From Chiloscyllium plagiosum (lineage: Eukaryota), in contig NC_057752.1 of the NCBI RefSeq assembly GCF_004010195.1, positions 10,075,322-10,136,834 on the forward strand: a DNA stretch of 61,513 nucleotides. The letters are read 5' to 3'. Position 1 is the first letter of the stretch. Each line of letters opens with the position of its first letter. Positions 39,391 through 52,895 of the stretch are shown piece after piece. The position numbers and the translations under genes are program-made. The notes below the pieces were generated by a model. The model saw nothing but the letters and a program-made list of their open reading frames with translations. It searched no databases and was not told where the DNA came from.

Positions 39391-40014
39391 AAGCCCTGAC
39401 CTGTTATGAAAAACTGATCAAGCTGTTTAATTTGATCTGCTGTTTGTGAGGGTGTACAGCCAATGTACCTGCATTGAAATCATGAGGATGTGACTCCTGT
39501 GCCTTCAAAATGACATTTGACCAGTTGTGCCAAATAGAGAATCATTCCTCAGTTCCACTTTGAGATCTATGTCTTTTTTCTTGCTGCCTGTGGTCTGGTC
39601 CAGGTTTGTGATCTGTAGTCACTGGGAGCAAGGGTGCTTTCTCTGTCTGAGAGGCCTGACCTACATTACTGTCTGCTACCTTGGCTACAAAATGTTGTGT
39701 TGTGTGAAAATAAGGGTGAGTAAGCAAAATATTGGAATTTTTTTAAAAACGCCTGTGAATGGTGGTGATTCTGAAATAAAACCTGAAAATTTAGCAGCTA
39801 AGTCATTACTTGGAGGTTGCCTGAGGGGGAATGTTGGTTTGGATAGGGCTTGTTCCACCAGGCTGGGAATTGATCCAACCCCATCCTTGCACCATTCCCC
39901 TTTATAATGTTGGTGGTTGTTTAGTGCATTTCCAACATCTGTTTTAACGGGACAAACTAAGAGCACCCTGAATATGTTGACGTTAATCAACTTCTCACTT
40001 TTCTCCCCCTTCAG

Positions 40015-40096
40015 GGCTGATTCTGTTGCCTGGAACCCCCACAAAATGCTGTTGGCAGGGCTGCAGTGTTCTGCCTTTCTGCTCAAAGACAACACT
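40015..40096 (+). CDS. CSAD: Coding exon 11 (ADSVAWNPHKMLLAGLQCSAFLLKDNT), contains the PLP lysine
   Basis: TTCAG acceptor, ACT|GTGAGT donor; NPHK Schiff-base motif. Confidence 0.96.
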
Positions 40097-41419
40097 GTGA
40101 GTGGAAATTTAGCTTCCTGGCACAAAGGGTTGTTCCATGACACATCCCAGCTCCCAGTGGTACTATTGACACTTGGGCTCCTGTTCTATGGGCATTGGCT
40201 GTCCCCGTTGCCTTACCTATGTGGTCATTCTTGATGCTTGTTTGCTTCCAGGCTTTTCGAGCAGTGGATGGTGCAATGTTGAGCCTGTCCCATGCCTTCA
40301 GGGATTTGCAGTTATGCACATTCCAAAAACCATCGCTGGCTTTTAATTGCAGTACACCTTCCACATTGTACTTGCCACTGGCTGTGGTTTCAGTACAGCC
40401 CTCATTTAGGCGGTTATCCACTGTGTCTCGAGTACCTTGTGATTATCATGCTGTGGGAGTTTGCTGTGTGGAAATTAGCTTTGTTACATCTCTCTCATTA
40501 CAATGATGTTGACACTTCAAACTCTAAAGCACTTCAGGAACTCCCTGAGGTTATGAAAGGTGCTATACAAAACTTAAGTTGTCATATCCTCCAGCCGCCA
40601 CCTTGTAGCTCGGTCATTTAACCTGCCTGTGTCTCTTTTTCCTCCCCTCTGTTTGCCTTCTCATCTCTCTTTCTATTGGCAAATCTGGATACATTACTCT
40701 CTGACCCTTCTTTATAGGTCGTCTCATTTTGATTGCAATTAATTGAAGCTCCAGCACTGACCCTTGTCGGATTCTGCTAGTCACAGTCTGCCAAGTTCAA
40801 AATACCTCACCTTATCCTTATTCTCTGCTTCCTATTTGTTAATCAATTCTCTATCCTGTGCCTTTTGCTTGTGTATCAGTCTTTTGTTGTTTTACCACCT
40901 TACCAAATGATTTTGGAAATCCAAGTATATGACAGGCTAAATAAAAGGGGAGTGAGTAGTTATCAGTTACATCCTCCGGAAAAATAATGTTAATAGCCAA
41001 TCTCTTGAGATCTTTCTCAAATCTATTTTTTTTTTTTGTTTTTTTGTTTAAAGGCTAATCATCCAATGTGATTATTGCAATAGTGTTGCACTAAATTGAG
41101 ACTCTGCAATGGGAAATTATTTTCAAACCCATTGTGCTACCACATTAAATGCTGGGTACTGCAGAAGCTAAAGTTACCTCTTCACTCTCAGGGTAGGCAC
41201 AGCATGGGGTTAGATACGGAGTAAAGCTCTTTTTTTTTTTTAAAACAGTTATCATTCACCCAGTTTCTCCAGAGCCTGCCTTTTTGTGCTTGCTTTACTT
41301 TTTTTTTTTTTCTTTCTTTCAATAACCTTCCTGTCTCACCTCTGTTTGACTTTTGTAGCTTTTTAATGGCTCCCAGACGGTTTTGCATGGGTCTCTGTAC
41401 AGGTTGCTTCATTTGACCA

Positions 41420-42480
41420 CTAGCCATTCTGAGAATTGGCTCCAAGGTAGAAAACCGGGTGGTGGTGGAGGGTTGTTTTTCCCGACAGGAGGCCTGTGAC
41501 CAGTAGAGTGCCACAAGGATCGATGCTGGGTCCACTATTTTTTTGTCACTTTATAAAAATGATTTGGGTGTGAGCATAAGAGGTATAGTTATTAAGTATG
41601 CCGATGACACCAAAATTGGAGATGTAGTGGCCAGCAAAGATTATCTCCGATTACAACAGGATTTTGACCAGATGGGCCAATGGGCTGAGGTGGCAGATGG
41701 AGTTTAATTTGGATAAATGAGAGGTGCTGCATTTTGGGAAAGCAAATCTTAGCAGGACTTATACACTTAATGGTAAGGTCCTTGGGAGTGTTGCTGAACA
41801 GAGACCTTGGAGTGCAGGTTCATAGCTCCTTGAAAGTGGAGTCACAGGTGGATAGGATAGTGAAGAAGGTGTTTGGTATGTTTTCCTTTATTGGTCAGAG
41901 TATTGAGTACAGGAGTGGGGAGGTCATGTTGTGGCTGTACAGGACATTGGTTGGGCCACTTTTGGAATATTGTGTGCAATTCTGGTTTCTTTCCTTATCA
42001 GAAAGATGTTGTGAAACTTGAAAGGGTTCAGAAAAGATTTACAAGGATGTTGCCAGGGTTGGAGGGTTTGAGCTATAGGGAGAGATTGAATAGGCTGGGG
42101 CTGTTTTCCCTGGAGCTTTGGAGGCTGAGGGGTGACCTTATAGAGGTTTATAAAATCATGAGGGGCATGGATAGGATAAACAGGAAAAGAACTAGTGGGC
42201 ATAGGGTGAGAGGGGAAAGATATAAAAGAGACCTGAGGGGCAACTTTTTCAGAGGGTGGTACGTGTATGGAATGAGCTGCTGGTGGAGGCTGGTATAATT
42301 GCAACATTTAAAAGGCACTTGGATGGGTATATGAATAGGAAGGGTTGGGAGGGATATGGGCCAGGTGCTAGCAGGTGGGGCTTGATTGGGTTGGGATATC
42401 TGGTCGGCATGGACGGGTTGGACTGAAGGGTCTGTTTCCGTGCTGTAGATCTGACTCTGACTCTGACTTTGACTTTGACT
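41420..42480 (+). mobile_element. CR1 LINE 3' fragment with (GACTYT)n tail
   Basis: KYADDTKIG, LEYCVQFW and [15 protein letters not shown]. Confidence 0.92.
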
Positions 42481-42712
42481 GAGCTCCAGTTGAGCCCTGG
42501 TCCTCCTAATGTGGAGGTGTATTTTAAACTTTTATTTCCCCTGTAATGGTTCTGTTTTTGGTTGTGTAGAATGCTGCTGCTGCTGCGGCTCAAAATGTGG
42601 GAGCAGGGCCAGTGGGTGGTGTCAGAGCTGTTTGCTAATTTGGTTGAGGGAATTTTGAAGAAAAAAAAAGTAACTACTTAACTAATTGGTGAATAACCTA
42701 ATGCTTTTATTT

Positions 42713-42997
42713 CTCACAACACCAGGTTCTAGTCCAACAGATTTATTTGGAAGCATTAGCTTTGAGTGCCACTCCTTTTATCAGACATTGGCATCTGAAG
42801 GCACAAACACCAATTGCAGACAAAACTGAAATGAGACGTTCAAAAGATCAAAATTGGAGGAACACAGGTGTCAGACAACCACCTGATGGAGCAGCGTTCT
42901 GAAAACCAATGCTTCCAAATAAACCTGTTGGACTATAACCTGGTGTTGTGACTTTTAACTTTGTTCACCCCAGTCCAACACCAACACGTCAATCATG
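42713..42997. mobile_element. Fold-back Penelope-derived element (third hammerhead family)
   Basis: Arms CACAACACCAGGTTCTAGTCCAACAG / CTGTTGGACTATAACCTGGTGTTGTG; GCTTTTATTT on both flanks. Confidence 0.7.
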
Positions 42998-43083
42998 GCT
43001 TTTATTTGTGTAAGAGGACTGTATGCTGTGGCTGTAACCTTTCTTGCCCAATTTGTTGTGAATTCTGTCTCTTTTTTTTCTAG

Positions 43084-43283
43084 GACCTCCTGAAAACTTG
43101 TCATGCAGCCAATGCCAGCTACCTTTTCCAGCAAGACAAGTTCTACGATGTCTGTTATGATACAGGTGACAAGTCTCTGCAGTGTGGCCGGAAAGTGGAT
43201 TGCCTCAAGCTGTGGCTGATGTGGAAAGCCATTGGTACTCGAGGGCTGGAGGAAAGAGTTGACCGTGCCTTTGCCTGCACTAG
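43084..43283 (+). CDS. CSAD: Coding exon 12 (DLLKTCHAANASYLFQQDKFYDVCYDTGDKSLQCGRKVDCLKLWLMWKAIGTRGLEERVDRAFACTR)
   Basis: TTCTAG acceptor, AG|GTTTGT donor; YLFQQDK and DTGDK motifs. Confidence 0.96.
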
Positions 43284-43298
43284 GTTTGTATTAGGACT

Positions 43299-43385
43299 AT
43301 TCTGGATTAGTGGTGCTGGAAGAGCACAGCAGTTCAGGCAGCATCCAAGGAGCTTTGAAATCGACATTTTGGGCAAAATCTTGCA
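43299..43385 (-). mobile_element. Penelope-derived terminal fragment 15 bp after the exon 12 donor
   Basis: Reverse complement of about 205-290. Confidence 0.7.
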
Positions 43386-45329
43386 TTGACAACTTGGGGT
43401 CACACACTTAAGATCACAACTTTTCTCAGGGTTTTTGTCTTTGGAACAGTCTTTCACAAAAGACTGGAAGCAGGGTCCTTGAATAATTTTTTCAGGCATC
43501 AGTAGCTTGATCCCTTGATCTTAACAAGGGAATGGAAGGTTGTCGTGGGCAGGGAAAGTGAAGTAATCCAATTAGCCATTATCTTATTGACTAGAGGAGC
43601 AGGCTTGAGGGGCCACATGGTCTACCCCTCCGCATTGGTATGTTTGTAGACCTCCAAACTTGATTGTTCAAATCCCTCCATGGTCTCTTGCTTCCCTATC
43701 TCTAATAATTTCCTCCCGCTGTTTTAATTCTTTGTGATATCTGCATTCCTCCAATTTTGATCTTTTGAACGTTTGATTTCTGTTCTCTGCCATTGGTGGT
43801 TGTGCCTTCAGATGCCAAGGCCTGAAGCTATCCCCTAAAACCGATCTTGCTGTTTGAATGAGCTTCTGATCACCAGTCCTAATCTCCAGCGTCAAACATG
43901 GCTTGATGCTATTATGAAGAGACTTGGGCATTTTGATTGTATTTAACTGTTACAATGTGGGGTGGTTGGAGGGGTATCTGGCACACTCTGCCTAAAAAGA
44001 TGGCAGAGTCCGAAACCCTGAACCAAATCTTGTCGTTAAAAGGATTATGTCCTTGAGATACCATCACCTCAGGTGGGTTCAGACCAAGAGCTGGCAGATG
44101 TGATAGCTGGACAGTTCATCAACAAGCATGGATACAATGGACTGAATTGCCTCCTGATCTATAAACTTCTGCAGTGCTACACTGCTATATAAATCTAAGT
44201 TGTCATTTAGTTTTGGTAAGAGCTCATTTGGTTGTGTTACCTAGTACATATCCATTGCAAAACTTCTTGATTGTGGGTGCTGATTGGAACTTCTGAATGG
44301 TATGAGAAGCTTCATACTGAGGAAACGAGCTACCTGAATTCTAATGGCTGGCAAATTGAGGTCCACGAAAAGTAATATCTGTAGTTCATTGTCCTAAATG
44401 ACTTTGACCTTTTTCTGAAATGGTACCTTCAAAGAAATGTAACCAAAACTCTTTACTCTTTAAAATCCAAATTTCCAAATGAATATTATAATCCTTTATC
44501 ATTTAATGCTGACTTTACCAACAATGCTTGCGTTCCATGAAAAAGCAAAATGTACTTGATTGTTTTTGGAATATCCTAAGGTTGTAAAAGAATGAGCATG
44601 CTCTTTCACAACAGCACTAAAGTGCCAATTGGCATATCTCTTGTCTACCAGCGCTCAGCAAGAAGAACTTGACTAGTCTTGCCCTCTTGCCTTTTCTTGT
44701 TGTCCTGCAACTTTTTTTTTCATACAATGATCTAATTGCTTTTTGAAAGCCTTGATTGAATCTGAATCTGTCTCTACCACACTCTTGACAGTGCGTTCTA
44801 CATTTCACTGCGTAACAACAAAGTTGTTCTTCCTCATGTCGCCATTATTTCTTGAAGCAGTCGCCCCAAATGTCCTGAAATTCTTGTAACTTCTCTCAGT
44901 GGGAACCGTTTCTGTGAACTCCTCATTTTGAACATCTCTATTAAATCACCTCTTGAATTCTGTAACTGAAGTCCCTCATCCTGGGGGCCGTTCTTTATAA
45001 ATTATTTCTGTACCTTCCTTTTATATCAATGTACAGTTTAATCTACAGTGGAATGCCTGTTTCCTACTTGTCAGGACTTTTGCAGGCTGCAGCATTGAGG
45101 AAAGATTGTCTTGCTCTGCATTGCTAATATCCTTCTGTTAATTGTATTTCATTCTTTTAGTACTCTATTATTTCTCTGGAGATATTCATTGTTGTGCCTC
45201 TTGTTTGAAGATCATTCGTGAAAGATTCCTGACTAACTGCAGTGGAGGATGACGACAGCCCCTATCACTGGATGGAAAGACTGGCATAACATTTGCTTTC
45301 TCTCTGTCACTATATCCGTAGAGAGGGAT

Positions 45330-47660
45330 GGGAGCAGACAGTCTGGGCAAGTACTTAATTGGGGGAGGGGGGAATGACAATGCAATGACAGGCAAGAACT
45401 GGGGTGCCTGAATTGGAACAGATGTTCTCCGGAAAATGCATAATAGAAATGTGGAGGTTGTTTAGGAAGCGCCTGCTGATCGTGCTGAACAGGTTTACCT
45501 CACTGAGGCAAAATTTTAAAATCTCACACCAGGTTATAGATCAACAAGTTTATTTGGAAGCACTAGCTTTTGGAACGTTGCTCCTTCATCAAGTAGCTGT
45601 GAAGGAGCAGTGTTTTGAAAGCTAGTGGTTCCAAATATATCTGTTGGACCATAACCTGGTGTTGTGATTGTAACTTTTTTCCACTCCAGTCCAACACTGG
45701 CCTCTCCATGTTATGGCTACCACTGAGGCAAGGGAGGGGTGGCAGGTTGGAAGAAACTTTGGTGACAAGGGATGTGGAACATCTAATCAAGAGAAAGAAG
45801 GAAGCTTGCTTAAGATTGAAGAGGCAAGGTTCAGACAGGACGCTAGAGGGTTACAAAGTAACCAGGAAGGAACTGAAGAATATTCTTAGGCAAGCTAGAA
45901 GGGGGCATGAAAAAGTTTTAGTGGGTAGGATTAAGGAAAAACCAAAGGCATTCTACACTTACGTGAGGAACAAAAGGATGGCCAGAGTGAGGGTAGGGCT
46001 GATCAGGGATGGTGGAGGGAACTTGCGCTGGAGTCTGAGGAAGTAGGGCAAGTCCTTTAATCAATACTTTGCCTCAGTTTTCACTACTGAGAAGGACCTT
46101 GATGTTTGTGAGGACATCGTAAAACAAACAGATGCTTGAACAGGTTGATGTTAAGAAGGAGGGTGTGCTGGAAGTTTTGAAAAACACGAGGATAGCTAAA
46201 TCTCCTGGGCCAGACCGGATGCGCCCTAGGTTACTACAGGAAGCCGGGGAAGAGCTTGCTGTGATGATCTTTGCATCCTCACTGTCCACTAGAGTAGTGC
46301 CAGATGTTTGGAGGGGGGCAAATATTATTCCCTTGTTCAAGAAAGGGAATAGGGATAATCCTGGGAATTACAGACCAGCCAATTTTTCGTCCGTGTTGGA
46401 CAAAGTATTGGAGAGTACCCTGAGAGACCGGATTTGTGATTATTTGGAAAACCATAGTCAGCATGGCTTTGTCAGGGGCAGGTCTTGCCTAACAAACCTT
46501 ATTGAATTCTTTGAGGATGTGACAAGACACAATGATCAAGGTAGAGCAATGGATGTGGTGTATATGGATTTTAGCAAGGTGTTTGATAAAGTCCCCCACG
46601 GTAGGCTCATTCAGAAATTAAAGGGGCATGAGATACAGGGAAATTTGGCTGGCCCATAGAAGACCTGAGGGTGGTGATAGATGGAAAGTATTCAGTCTGG
46701 AGCTTGGTGACCAGTGGTGTTCCGCAGGAATCTGTTCTGGGACCTCTGCTCTTGGTGATTTTTTTTTAATATATAAATGACTTTGAAGAAGTGGACGGGT
46801 GGGTTAGTAAGTTTGGTGATGACATGAAGGTTGGTGGAGTTGGATAGTGTGGAGGGCTGTTGTAGGTTGTAACGAGACATTGACAGGATGCAGAACTGGG
46901 CTGAAGTGGCGGATGGAGTTCAACCTGGAAACGTGTGAAGATATTAACTTTAAGGGTTGAATTTGAATGCAGAATACAGGGTGAAAGGCAGGAGTTTTGG
47001 CAGTGTGGAGGAACAGAGGGATCTTTGGGTCCATGTCCATAGATCCCTGAAAGTTGCCACCCAGGTCGATTTTAGGGTTGTTATGAAGGCATTTGGTGTG
47101 TTGGCTTTCATTAGCAGGGGGATTGAGTTTAAAGAATCGTGAGGTTATGTTACAGTTCTATAAAGCCCTGGTTAGACCACAGTTTGAATATTGCATTCAG
47201 TTCTGGTTGCCTCATTATAGGAAAGATGTAGATGCTTTAGAGAGGGTGCAGAAGAGATTCGCCAGAATGCTGCCTGGATGGGGGGCATGTCTTGTGAAGA
47301 GAGGTTGAGTGAGCTAGGCTTTTTACACTGGAGAGAGAGGGGTAACTTGATAGAGGTGTACAAGGAAATAAGTAGCATAGAATAGTTGGCCAGAGACTTT
47401 CCCCAGGGCAGAAATGACTGTCACGAGGGGTCATAATTTTAAGGTGTTTGGAGGAAGGTATAGGGGAGATGGTCAGAGGTAGGTTCTTTATGCCGAGTGT
47501 GGTGGGTGTGTGGAATGCACTGCCAGCAGTGGTGGTAGAGTCAGAGACATTTAAGCAACTGCTGGACAACCACATGAATGGTAGGAAGTTGAAGTGTGTA
47601 GGTTAGGTTGATCTTGGATCAAGATAAATGTTTGGCACAATATCATGAGGTATACTGTTC
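45330..47660 (+). mobile_element. Long degenerate CR1 LINE (linker, RT, 3' end)
   Basis: KSPGPD, NYRP, QHGFVRGRSCLTNLIEFFE and YMDFSKVFDKVPH. Confidence 0.92.
45512..45720. mobile_element. Fold-back Penelope-derived element nested in CR1
   Basis: Inverted arms with two opposed GAAGGAGCA..AAAGCTAGTG motifs; CACTGAGGCAA duplicated at 45501-45511 and 45721-45731. Confidence 0.78.
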
Positions 47661-47904
47661 TATCTCATGACCTTTTTGACCTAATGAATCTGAAATGTTG
47701 TCCCCATCTGTAGATCATCTGCTCCTCCCTGCCACCACCGGTTTTGCTCGGACAATCAATACTCCACTTCCACGTGCTCTCTTGCTTCTCCTTCAATCAG
47801 TCACTCCACCTCTCCCACACTCTGAGCACCTCATTCCAAGCTGCTTTCCAACTGCTTGAGCTTTTGTAGTTGGGGTTCAATGTGGAGTCTCAGCCCTTTC
47901 TTGC

Positions 47905-48720
47905 TTGAGCTGTTATATTGCTCTAGGTGGTAGAGGTTGTGGGTTTATAAGGTACTGTTGAAGGACCCTTCTTTGGTTGCTGCAGTGCATCTTGTGGATG
48001 GTACAGACTGCTGCAGCTATGCATCAGGGATGAAGGGGAGTGAATGTTGGTGGTGGATGTGGTGCCAATCAAGCAGCCAGCTTTGTCTGGGATGGTGTAA
48101 AGCTGCTTGAGTTGGAGCTGCATCCATCCAGGCAATTGGGGAATCTTCCATCACCCTCCTGACCTGTGCCTTGTCGATGGTGGGACAGGCTTTGGGGAAT
48201 TATTTGCTGCAGTATTCATAGCCTCTGACCTGCACTTGTTTCACAGTTCTTTGGGTTTCTGACCCATGATAATCCCAGGATAATGTTAGTGGGTTTCAAC
48301 AATGGTAATGCCATTGAATTCTAAGGGGAGGGGAAGAAGTGATTTAGATTAACTTTTTTTTTGTGAAGATAGTCTTTGCTTGACAACTGTGTGGCATGAA
48401 TGTGACTTGCCACTTACCAGCTGGTCTGAATACTGTCTAGGTCTTGTTGCATTTGGACTTGAACTTCTTTTAGTATTAAAGTTGTGAAATGGTGCTGAAC
48501 ATAAAACAAGCACCCCCACTTCTGACTTTATGATTTGACCTTGATATCAAGGACAGTCACTGTCTCATCTCATCTCGTCTTTGGAATTCAGCTGTTTGTT
48601 TGTTTGTTTTTTTTTTTTGCCCAAGTTTGAGCATGTAATAAGATCAGGAACTGAGTGACCCTGGTGGAACCCAAACTGCACATCAGTAAACAGATTATTG
48701 CTAAGCAAGTGCTATTTGTT
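47905..48720 (-). mobile_element. CR1/L2-clade LINE fragment (same family as 415-1415)
   Basis: Minus-strand DKAGCLIGTT; reverse similarity to about 520-1160. Confidence 0.7.
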
Positions 48721-49074
48721 ACACCTCACTGGAGTAGCATGCTAAAACTCGAGCCCTGTTACTCTTAGAATTGTCATAAAAGTTGTATTTTGAAAAATAC
48801 AGAAATGGGGGAATTTTCTGTCTTTTAGACCCTGATAGTACAGACCAAGTTTGTATACTTAACAAGAATTACTATTTATTACAAAATTCAATTCTAGCTA
48901 CAGATAAAAATTATAAACTGACAGCATGTAACTCTACTATATAAAATGCTAACCCCCTTAAACTACTCTTTCATGGGGGTGGTACTGGTGTTATGTTTGA
49001 GGTAGAAAGACTGGGTGTGGAATGAACTTCCTGAGGAAGTGGTGAATGTACGTATAATTCCAATGTCCAAACAT

Positions 49075-49818
49075 ACTTTGATTTATTGTCACATGTACTG
49101 AAGTACAGTGAACAGCTTTGTTTATGAGCAGTACAGGCAGATCATAGTAAGCAAGGATATACTTGACGCATACAGGTTATATTGCACAGGATGTGCGCTA
49201 GACAAGATCAAACGTTTGCAAGATCGGCATTTTTTTGAGGCTGGAGAGTCCATTCATCAGTCTGATAACTGCTGGGAAGAAGCTGTTTCTGAACCTGCTG
49301 GTACGTGTTCGGGCTTCTGTATCTTCTGTCTGATTGAAGAGGTTGTAGGAGATCATTGCCAGGATGGGAGGGGTCTTTGACGTTGGCAGCCTTTCTGCAG
49401 CAGCAAGCTGTGTAAATGGAGTCCATAGATGGGAGGTTGGCTTCTGTGATGGTCTGGGCTGTGTACCCAACATTCTGTAGTTTCTTACAGTCCTGGGCAG
49501 AGCAGTTGCTGTGCCAGGCTGTAATGCACCTGGACAGTATGCTTTCTATGTTGTATCTGTTTAAGTTGGTGAGGGTCCATACAGATGTACCAAATTTCCT
49601 GAGACACCTGAGGAAGAGATGTTGTGCTTTCTTGACCATCTCATCTACATGGGAAGTTCAGGATGGGTTGTCGGTTACTATCACTCCTAGGAACTTGACG
49701 CTCTCCACTCCCTCAACCTCTGTTCTGTTGATGTAGGTGGAGGCATGTTCTTCTTTCTTTGAGGTCAATGATGAGTTCTTTAGTTTTGCGGTGTGTGTGC
49801 TCATTGCACCATGTCACC
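49075..49818 (-). mobile_element. Rex1/Babar-type LINE 3' fragment nested in a CR1 tail
   Basis: Minus-strand KKAQ.LFLR.LRKFG..IESILS.CITAW..DPSHPG..RFRNSFFP; CR1 tail sequence on both sides. Confidence 0.8.
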
Positions 49819-51489
49819 ATGAATAGGAAAGATTTGGTGGGATATGGGTGAGGGTAGCCAGGTGGGACTATTTTAATTTGGCATGGACTGGTTGGACTAA
49901 AGGGTCTGTTTCAGTGCTGTATAATTCTATGACTCAAATGTATAAAAGCACTTCACTTCAGCTGGCTCCCGTTCACAGGATTAGGTGAGATGATTCTTGT
50001 GCTCAATCACAATGCTGCTTCCTTTCTCTATGTACTTTCTTCTGTTTGCTCCTCACTTACAATTATCTGACTTTTTTATCAATTAGAAGTTAGTTCACAG
50101 CAGCTACTGTAGGAAAAATAAATTGGCTTCGTTTCCAGGCTTGCGGTATTTTTTTTACCGCAGAGATGGCTTCAGAGTCTATGGACCTTTTTGATAGAGA
50201 CAAGCTATCTTGTTCACCCATCCAATCATGTTGGCAGGTAGAAGGCCTTTGGGGACTATTGATCAGTTATTGATAACAATCAGCTACTTGTTTGCTGGTT
50301 GGATCTCCATTCCTACACTGCTCTTGGCTCCAACTCATCTGCAAACTACACTTCAACTACTGCTTGAATAGCAGCTGTGTAAACAATGTTTATAGTGAGT
50401 GTCCAGTTACTTAAAGCCTCTGAACAATCCTCTATTTTTAGAACTATTACGTTCTCATTTCGGTCATTAATCAAAACTGCAGGAAAATAAAATATGCGGT
50501 CTTAAAGTTGAAACTCTTCATTACTGCTTTTTTCCAACATTGTGCACTTGAACAATTTTCCACATTACTGGGTGGATGCCAGTAATGTCTCTACTGGAAT
50601 GGCTTAATGAGGATGTGACTAGTTCTGGCACTCAACCTTTCAGCATGACTGCTGAGGTATTGTAGCCTTTCACTGTTCAGTACCTTCAGCCATTTCTTCT
50701 TTTATGAAGTGAATTGAATTGGTTTAAAACTGCAAACTATGGTGGTGGGGACCAAGGTGGATTAGTCATTTGGTACTTCTGCCTGAAGCAAATGCTTTAT
50801 CCTTGTCTATTGCAATTATGTTGGAGTCAGCTGTCATTAGGAAAGGTTATGCAGACATATTGCCCTTTGTTTAATTACTACCATGCGTGAGGGTTGAAGA
50901 GCTTTTATCTGTTCTGTTTGCTGTATGATCATGTTGCATCCTGAGTAGACCTATGCTGTTGCTGTAGAAGGTTGTCATCCTATTTCTCAAGAATCCCTGT
51001 TGCTGCTCTGGGAATGTTCTTTGTTGGTTTGAGTATTGGTCACTTGGCTTGATAGCCTTTGTCTACCATTGTGTTTGCAGGTCTGGAGTTGCAGAGCCCA
51101 GATTGTGTAAGGATTCTTGCCCACAAGGGCATATGTGAACCCATTTGAACATTTTCAATGCTTTTTGTAGTTATGGTCCTATCTTTATTCTTTGTCAAAA
51201 TTTATTTAATTTACTTCAAATTGACAGTGGAGATTGAAGACTCATCTCTAGATGATTAGTGCACATCTCTGGACCACCAGTATACCCATGATAACGGATG
51301 CCATACACAATACCCTGTGAGGATGTATTAGTATGAGGAGGCTACAATTCTCACCACTGCATATGAGAGGTTGTTGCTTTCCCCTGTCCCTTCCATCGCA
51401 CTGTTTTACTTGCTGGTTTTTAGATGTAATTCTGAGGTTTCCTTTTGTGTTTTAATATCATTCGGTCATGGAATTTTTCTTTCCCTCAG

Positions 51490-51541
51490 ATATTTTGTCA
51501 ATGAGATGAAGAAAAGAGAATGTTTTCGACTACTGATGGAG
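51490..51541 (+). CDS. CSAD: Coding exon 13 (YFVNEMKKRECFRLLME)
   Basis: CTCAG acceptor, GAG|GTAAAA donor; phases match neighbours. Confidence 0.92.
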
Positions 51542-52384
51542 GTAAAATGCCACTTTAACTGCACTTCAAAGTTTTCCCCTTTTCCATACTTGACACTTCA
51601 GCCTCTGATTTCATCTCTCCATAATTGTAGTTGTAAAATGGAACATTATTGAATAATCCCCCTTTTTTTTTATTGAAATGGATGAAAATCCCTGCTTCTC
51701 CCAATTTCATCAAACTCCTCTGCCTTCTCCTGCTCAGTAATACTTCATATCTCTCTTCCCATGGCACTGCCTCCAGGTCCCTGACAGATTTACTTGCTAT
51801 TGCTGTGGGAGGGTGAGTGGGGTGCTCCTAGTTGGGTTGGAGACTGGCAGGATTCCTGAGCGTTTGGTGGGGGAGGAACGAGGTCCAAGGTAACTATGGG
51901 AAGTAGTCACCATGGTGTGATGTGGAGGATCGCAGAAATAAAGGCATCTTTTTGTGTTGGGATTGTCAGGGAGGGTCTTTAACAGTCCATTTTGAGATAG
52001 TAAGTCTGATTCTTTTCAAAATTTAGGTGCCACTTAATGTCTGCCACTTTGTTTTGGTCACTTTTAATGTCTGTCCAGTGTGATTCCAACAGACTGCTCC
52101 TCCATTGAATTGTAGTTTCTTCTTGCTAACCTTCAGGATGACCAAAGGTTTTATTTACTGGTGACCCCAGCTACACATTCCTCACTTGTAGAGATTCTGC
52201 TCCTTCCCAGTCATTGAGCTATTCACTATCGTGGAGCCGTATTTGGTCTACGTTGCATCACCCAAATGTCTCGTCAACCCCGGCATTACTTACACCTGCC
52301 TTTATCTCTGCTTTTCTTGGCTCAGTGTGAGCTTTCCCTACAGCTTCTATTTCAAACCGCTTTCCCAGTGCTTTGTGTAACAGT

Positions 52385-52586
52385 CCAGCAGTGTGGCACT
52401 GGGAAAGCACAGCAGGTCAGGCAGCATCCGAGGAGCAGGAGAGTTGACATTTCTTCTGAATGATTCCTGATGAAGGGCTTATGCCTGAAACATCAACTCT
52501 TGCTTCTCGGATGCTGCCTGACTTGCGCTTTTCCAGTCCCACATGTTTTGACTGACACTCCAGCATCTGCAGTCATCACTTTCTCC
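52385..52586. mobile_element. Fold-back Penelope-derived element with hammerhead motif
   Basis: Inverted arms about 52390-52545; CTGATGAAGGGCTTATGCCTGAAACATC at 52467. Confidence 0.72.
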
Positions 52587-52805
52587 CTTTTTTTTTTTGT
52601 GACAGCTTGTTTATACATGTTACAGGCTTGTATTCCGAAGTGACATCGTCCCTTTTTTAGGGAGGGGGTCGGTGTGAAGTGGGTCTGTTGGCTGCTTTTA
52701 TTTATTTTTTGGCTGATCTTTTGAAGTACCTTTGATTTGAAAGATCAGTTTTAAGGATGGGAAAGCTGGCATCTTAACGAGTACAGATTTCTCGTTTTCT
52801 TGCAG

Positions 52806-52895
52806 CCTCAGTATGTCAATGTTTGCTTCTGGTATATCCCACCCAGCCTGCGAGGGAAAGAGCAGAGTTCTGACTTCTGGCAGAACCTTGGAAAG
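52806..52895 (+). CDS. CSAD: Coding exon 14 (PQYVNVCFWYIPPSLRGKEQSSDFWQNLGK)
   Basis: TTGCAG acceptor, AAG|GTAAGG donor; NVCFWYIPPSLR motif. Confidence 0.95.

Noticed and set aside
46132..46659. Longest ORF in the track (175 aa) as a host gene or active RT
   Set aside because: It is a fragment of a CR1 ORF2 broken by stops and frameshifts on both sides.
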